DNA of 64,000 nucleotides from Yuukianura sp. NJ FZ-2021 (Eukaryota): NCBI GenBank assembly GCA_046563655.1, contig CM102285.1, positions 3,968,001 to 4,032,000 of the forward strand, read 5' to 3'. Shown piece by piece: positions 62,119 to 64,000 of this stretch (position 1 is its first letter; each line of letters starts with the position of its first letter). The notes under the pieces were generated by a model. It saw only the letters and a program-made list of their open reading frames with translations, ran no database searches and was not told where the DNA came from. The position numbers and the translations under genes were made by a program.

Positions 62119-63381
62119 ATTATGGTCTAGTTAAAGCACATCTGGGCACTGTCATGCAAAGGCATATTTAGGCATGGCGCGAGCCATATAAAATATTTAC
62201 ATTCTAAGCAAAAGTAGAACTCGGATTCATTTTTTCTCATGCTCGGATTTCAGGTCACCTAGACTTCATTTCAATGGCGTCTCTAGTCCTCTAAATTGAC
62301 GTTGCTAAAAGTATGGGTAAAAGCACGAGTCAACGAAGTCGAGTCAATTGTATTATGGTCTAGTTAAAGCACATCTGGGCACTGTCATGCAAAGGCATAT
62401 TTAGGCATGGCGCGAGCCATATAAAATATTTACATTCTAAGCAAAAGTAGAACTCGGATTCATTTTTCTCATGCTCGGGTTTCAGGTCACCTAGACTTCA
62501 TTTCAATGGCGTCTGTAGTCCTCTAAATTGACGTTGCTAAAAGTATGGGTAAAAGCACGAGTCAACGAAGTCGAGTCAATTGTATTATGGTCTAGTTAAA
62601 GCACATCTGGGCACTGTCATGCAAAGGCATATTTAGGCATGGCGCGAGCCATATGAAATATTTACATTCTAAGCAAAAGTAGAACTCGGATTCATTTTTT
62701 CTCATGCTCGGATTTCAGGTCACCTAGACTTCATTTCAATGGCGTCTCTAGTCCTCTAAATTGACGTTGCTAAAAGTATGGGTAAAAGCACGAGTCAACG
62801 AAGTCGAGTCAATTGTATTATGGTCTAGTTAAAGCACATCTGGGCACTGTCATGCAAAGGCATATTTAGGCATGGCGCGAGCCATATAAAATATTTACAT
62901 TCTAAGCAAAAGTAGAACTCGGATTCATTTTTTCTCATGCTCGGGTTTCAGGTCACCTAGACTTCATTTCAATGGCGTCTGTAGTCCTCTAAATTGACGT
63001 TGCTAAAAGTATGGGTAAAAGCACGAGTCAACGAAGTCGAGTCAATTGTATTATGGTCTAGTTAAAGCACATCTGGGCACTGTCATGCAAAGGCATATTT
63101 AGGCATGGCGCGAGCCATATAAAATATTTACATTCTAAGCAAAAGTAGAACTCGGATTCATTTTTTCTCATGCTCGGATTTCAGGTCACCTAGACTTCAT
63201 TTCAATGGCGTCTCTAGTCCTCTAAATTGACGTTGCTAAAAGTATGGGTAAAAGCACGAGTCAACGAAGTCGAGTCAATTGTATTATGGTCTAGTTAAAG
63301 CACATCTGGGCACTGTCATGCAAAGGCATATTTAGGCATGGCGCGAGCCATATAAAATATTTACATTCTAAGCAAAAGTAG

Positions 63382-64000
63382 TGAATAGCTCAAAATGAGA
63401 TGTAGTGGGAGAGCTTGGTGTGGATCGTATTGAAAGTAGAAAGCGATGCTCAATAGACGGTGGATAATGAAACTATTAGTATGTTTATTTTGAAGTTAAC
63501 TGAAGAAGCTCAGAAATGGAACTGAATTGAGAAATGAACACTGAAATGAGTGTGGGGTTGACTCTGAATATAATGTAAAAACCCCCAGGAAAGATCTTTC
63601 CTTCCCGTCCCTATTGTAGGGTAAAAATACACTAACTGTAAAACTAGAATTGAAATGTGAATAAGTAAACCTAGGAAATAACCTAAAGAATTGAACTGAT
63701 CAGTTCACCCACCAACATGCCGGCCCCCCTGACACGATAGTGTCAGAAAATACTTTAAGATGACATTGGTGGGACTACCGAATCCGCAGCTAGAATTGTC
63801 AACTCCGCAGGTCGGTTGGGTCACTAGGGCAGCGCGAAGCTTAACCCTCTGCCTCCGTCAAAACTAAGAGGGGACCCTATTTGCTTGACCTCCTGTAGAA
63901 TCAAGCAATCCCATCTACGAAGTACCGGAAAATCGTAAACCAAGTCCAAGGAAACACAATTGCATGTTGTCAGGAGACATGATCAGAGTTAAGATCTTAA
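63382..64000 (-). mobile_element. Probable LTR retrotransposon 3' end (LTR 63717-63382), BEL/Pao-like
   Basis: On the minus strand, a purine-rich tract aggggggccggca is followed by TGTTGG at 63717. AATAAA lies near 63485, and the segment ends ..TTCA exactly where the satellite monomer breaks (63381/63382). No second LTR or pol ORF is visible in the window. Confidence 0.55.

Larger units (their letters stand above)
53587..63381. repeat. Satellite array, 233-bp monomer, about 30 copies, nearly identical
   Basis: ggcatatttaggcatggcgcgagcc recurs at 55048, 55281, 55514, 55747 ... 57441-60936 ... 62161-63325. Counted 26 full monomers, 3 internally deleted and 1 truncated. Confidence 0.97.

Noticed and set aside
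53587..63381. CRISPR-like or repeat-spacer array
   Set aside because: Monomers are 233 bp and contiguous with no unique spacers. The only interruptions are three identical transposon copies, and the context is eukaryotic.

Overview
AT-rich, gene-dense eukaryotic DNA with short GT-AG introns. The gene families suggest an arthropod; a hexapod such as a springtail is plausible but is inference only. Positions 1-53 kb hold about 20 spliced genes or gene relics: a C2H2 zinc-finger gene, six gustatory-receptor-like loci (three intact-looking, three damaged), an F-box/LRR gene, an astacin, a NeuroD-type bHLH, several small secreted Gly/Tyr- or Ser/Thr-rich proteins and two paralogous membrane-anchored LRR-like proteins. 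There are also an SLC23 gene fragment, a CRE-like retrotransposon fragment and several MITEs. Two genes have unusual architectures. (1) An 827-aa signal peptide + LRR-like ectodomain + FMRFamide-receptor-type 7TM GPCR (14009-17018, minus). (2) A secreted protein joining a carboxypeptidase-activation-peptide-like module to an aerolysin/ETX-MTX2-like pore-forming domain with an 8-Cys insert (38517-39892). Positions 53.6-63.4 kb are a 233-bp satellite array with higher-order structure. It contains three copies of one 1.04-kb hAT-type insertion and ends at a probable LTR retrotransposon. All gene models were spliced and translated by eye; family calls rest on motif recognition, not database searches.
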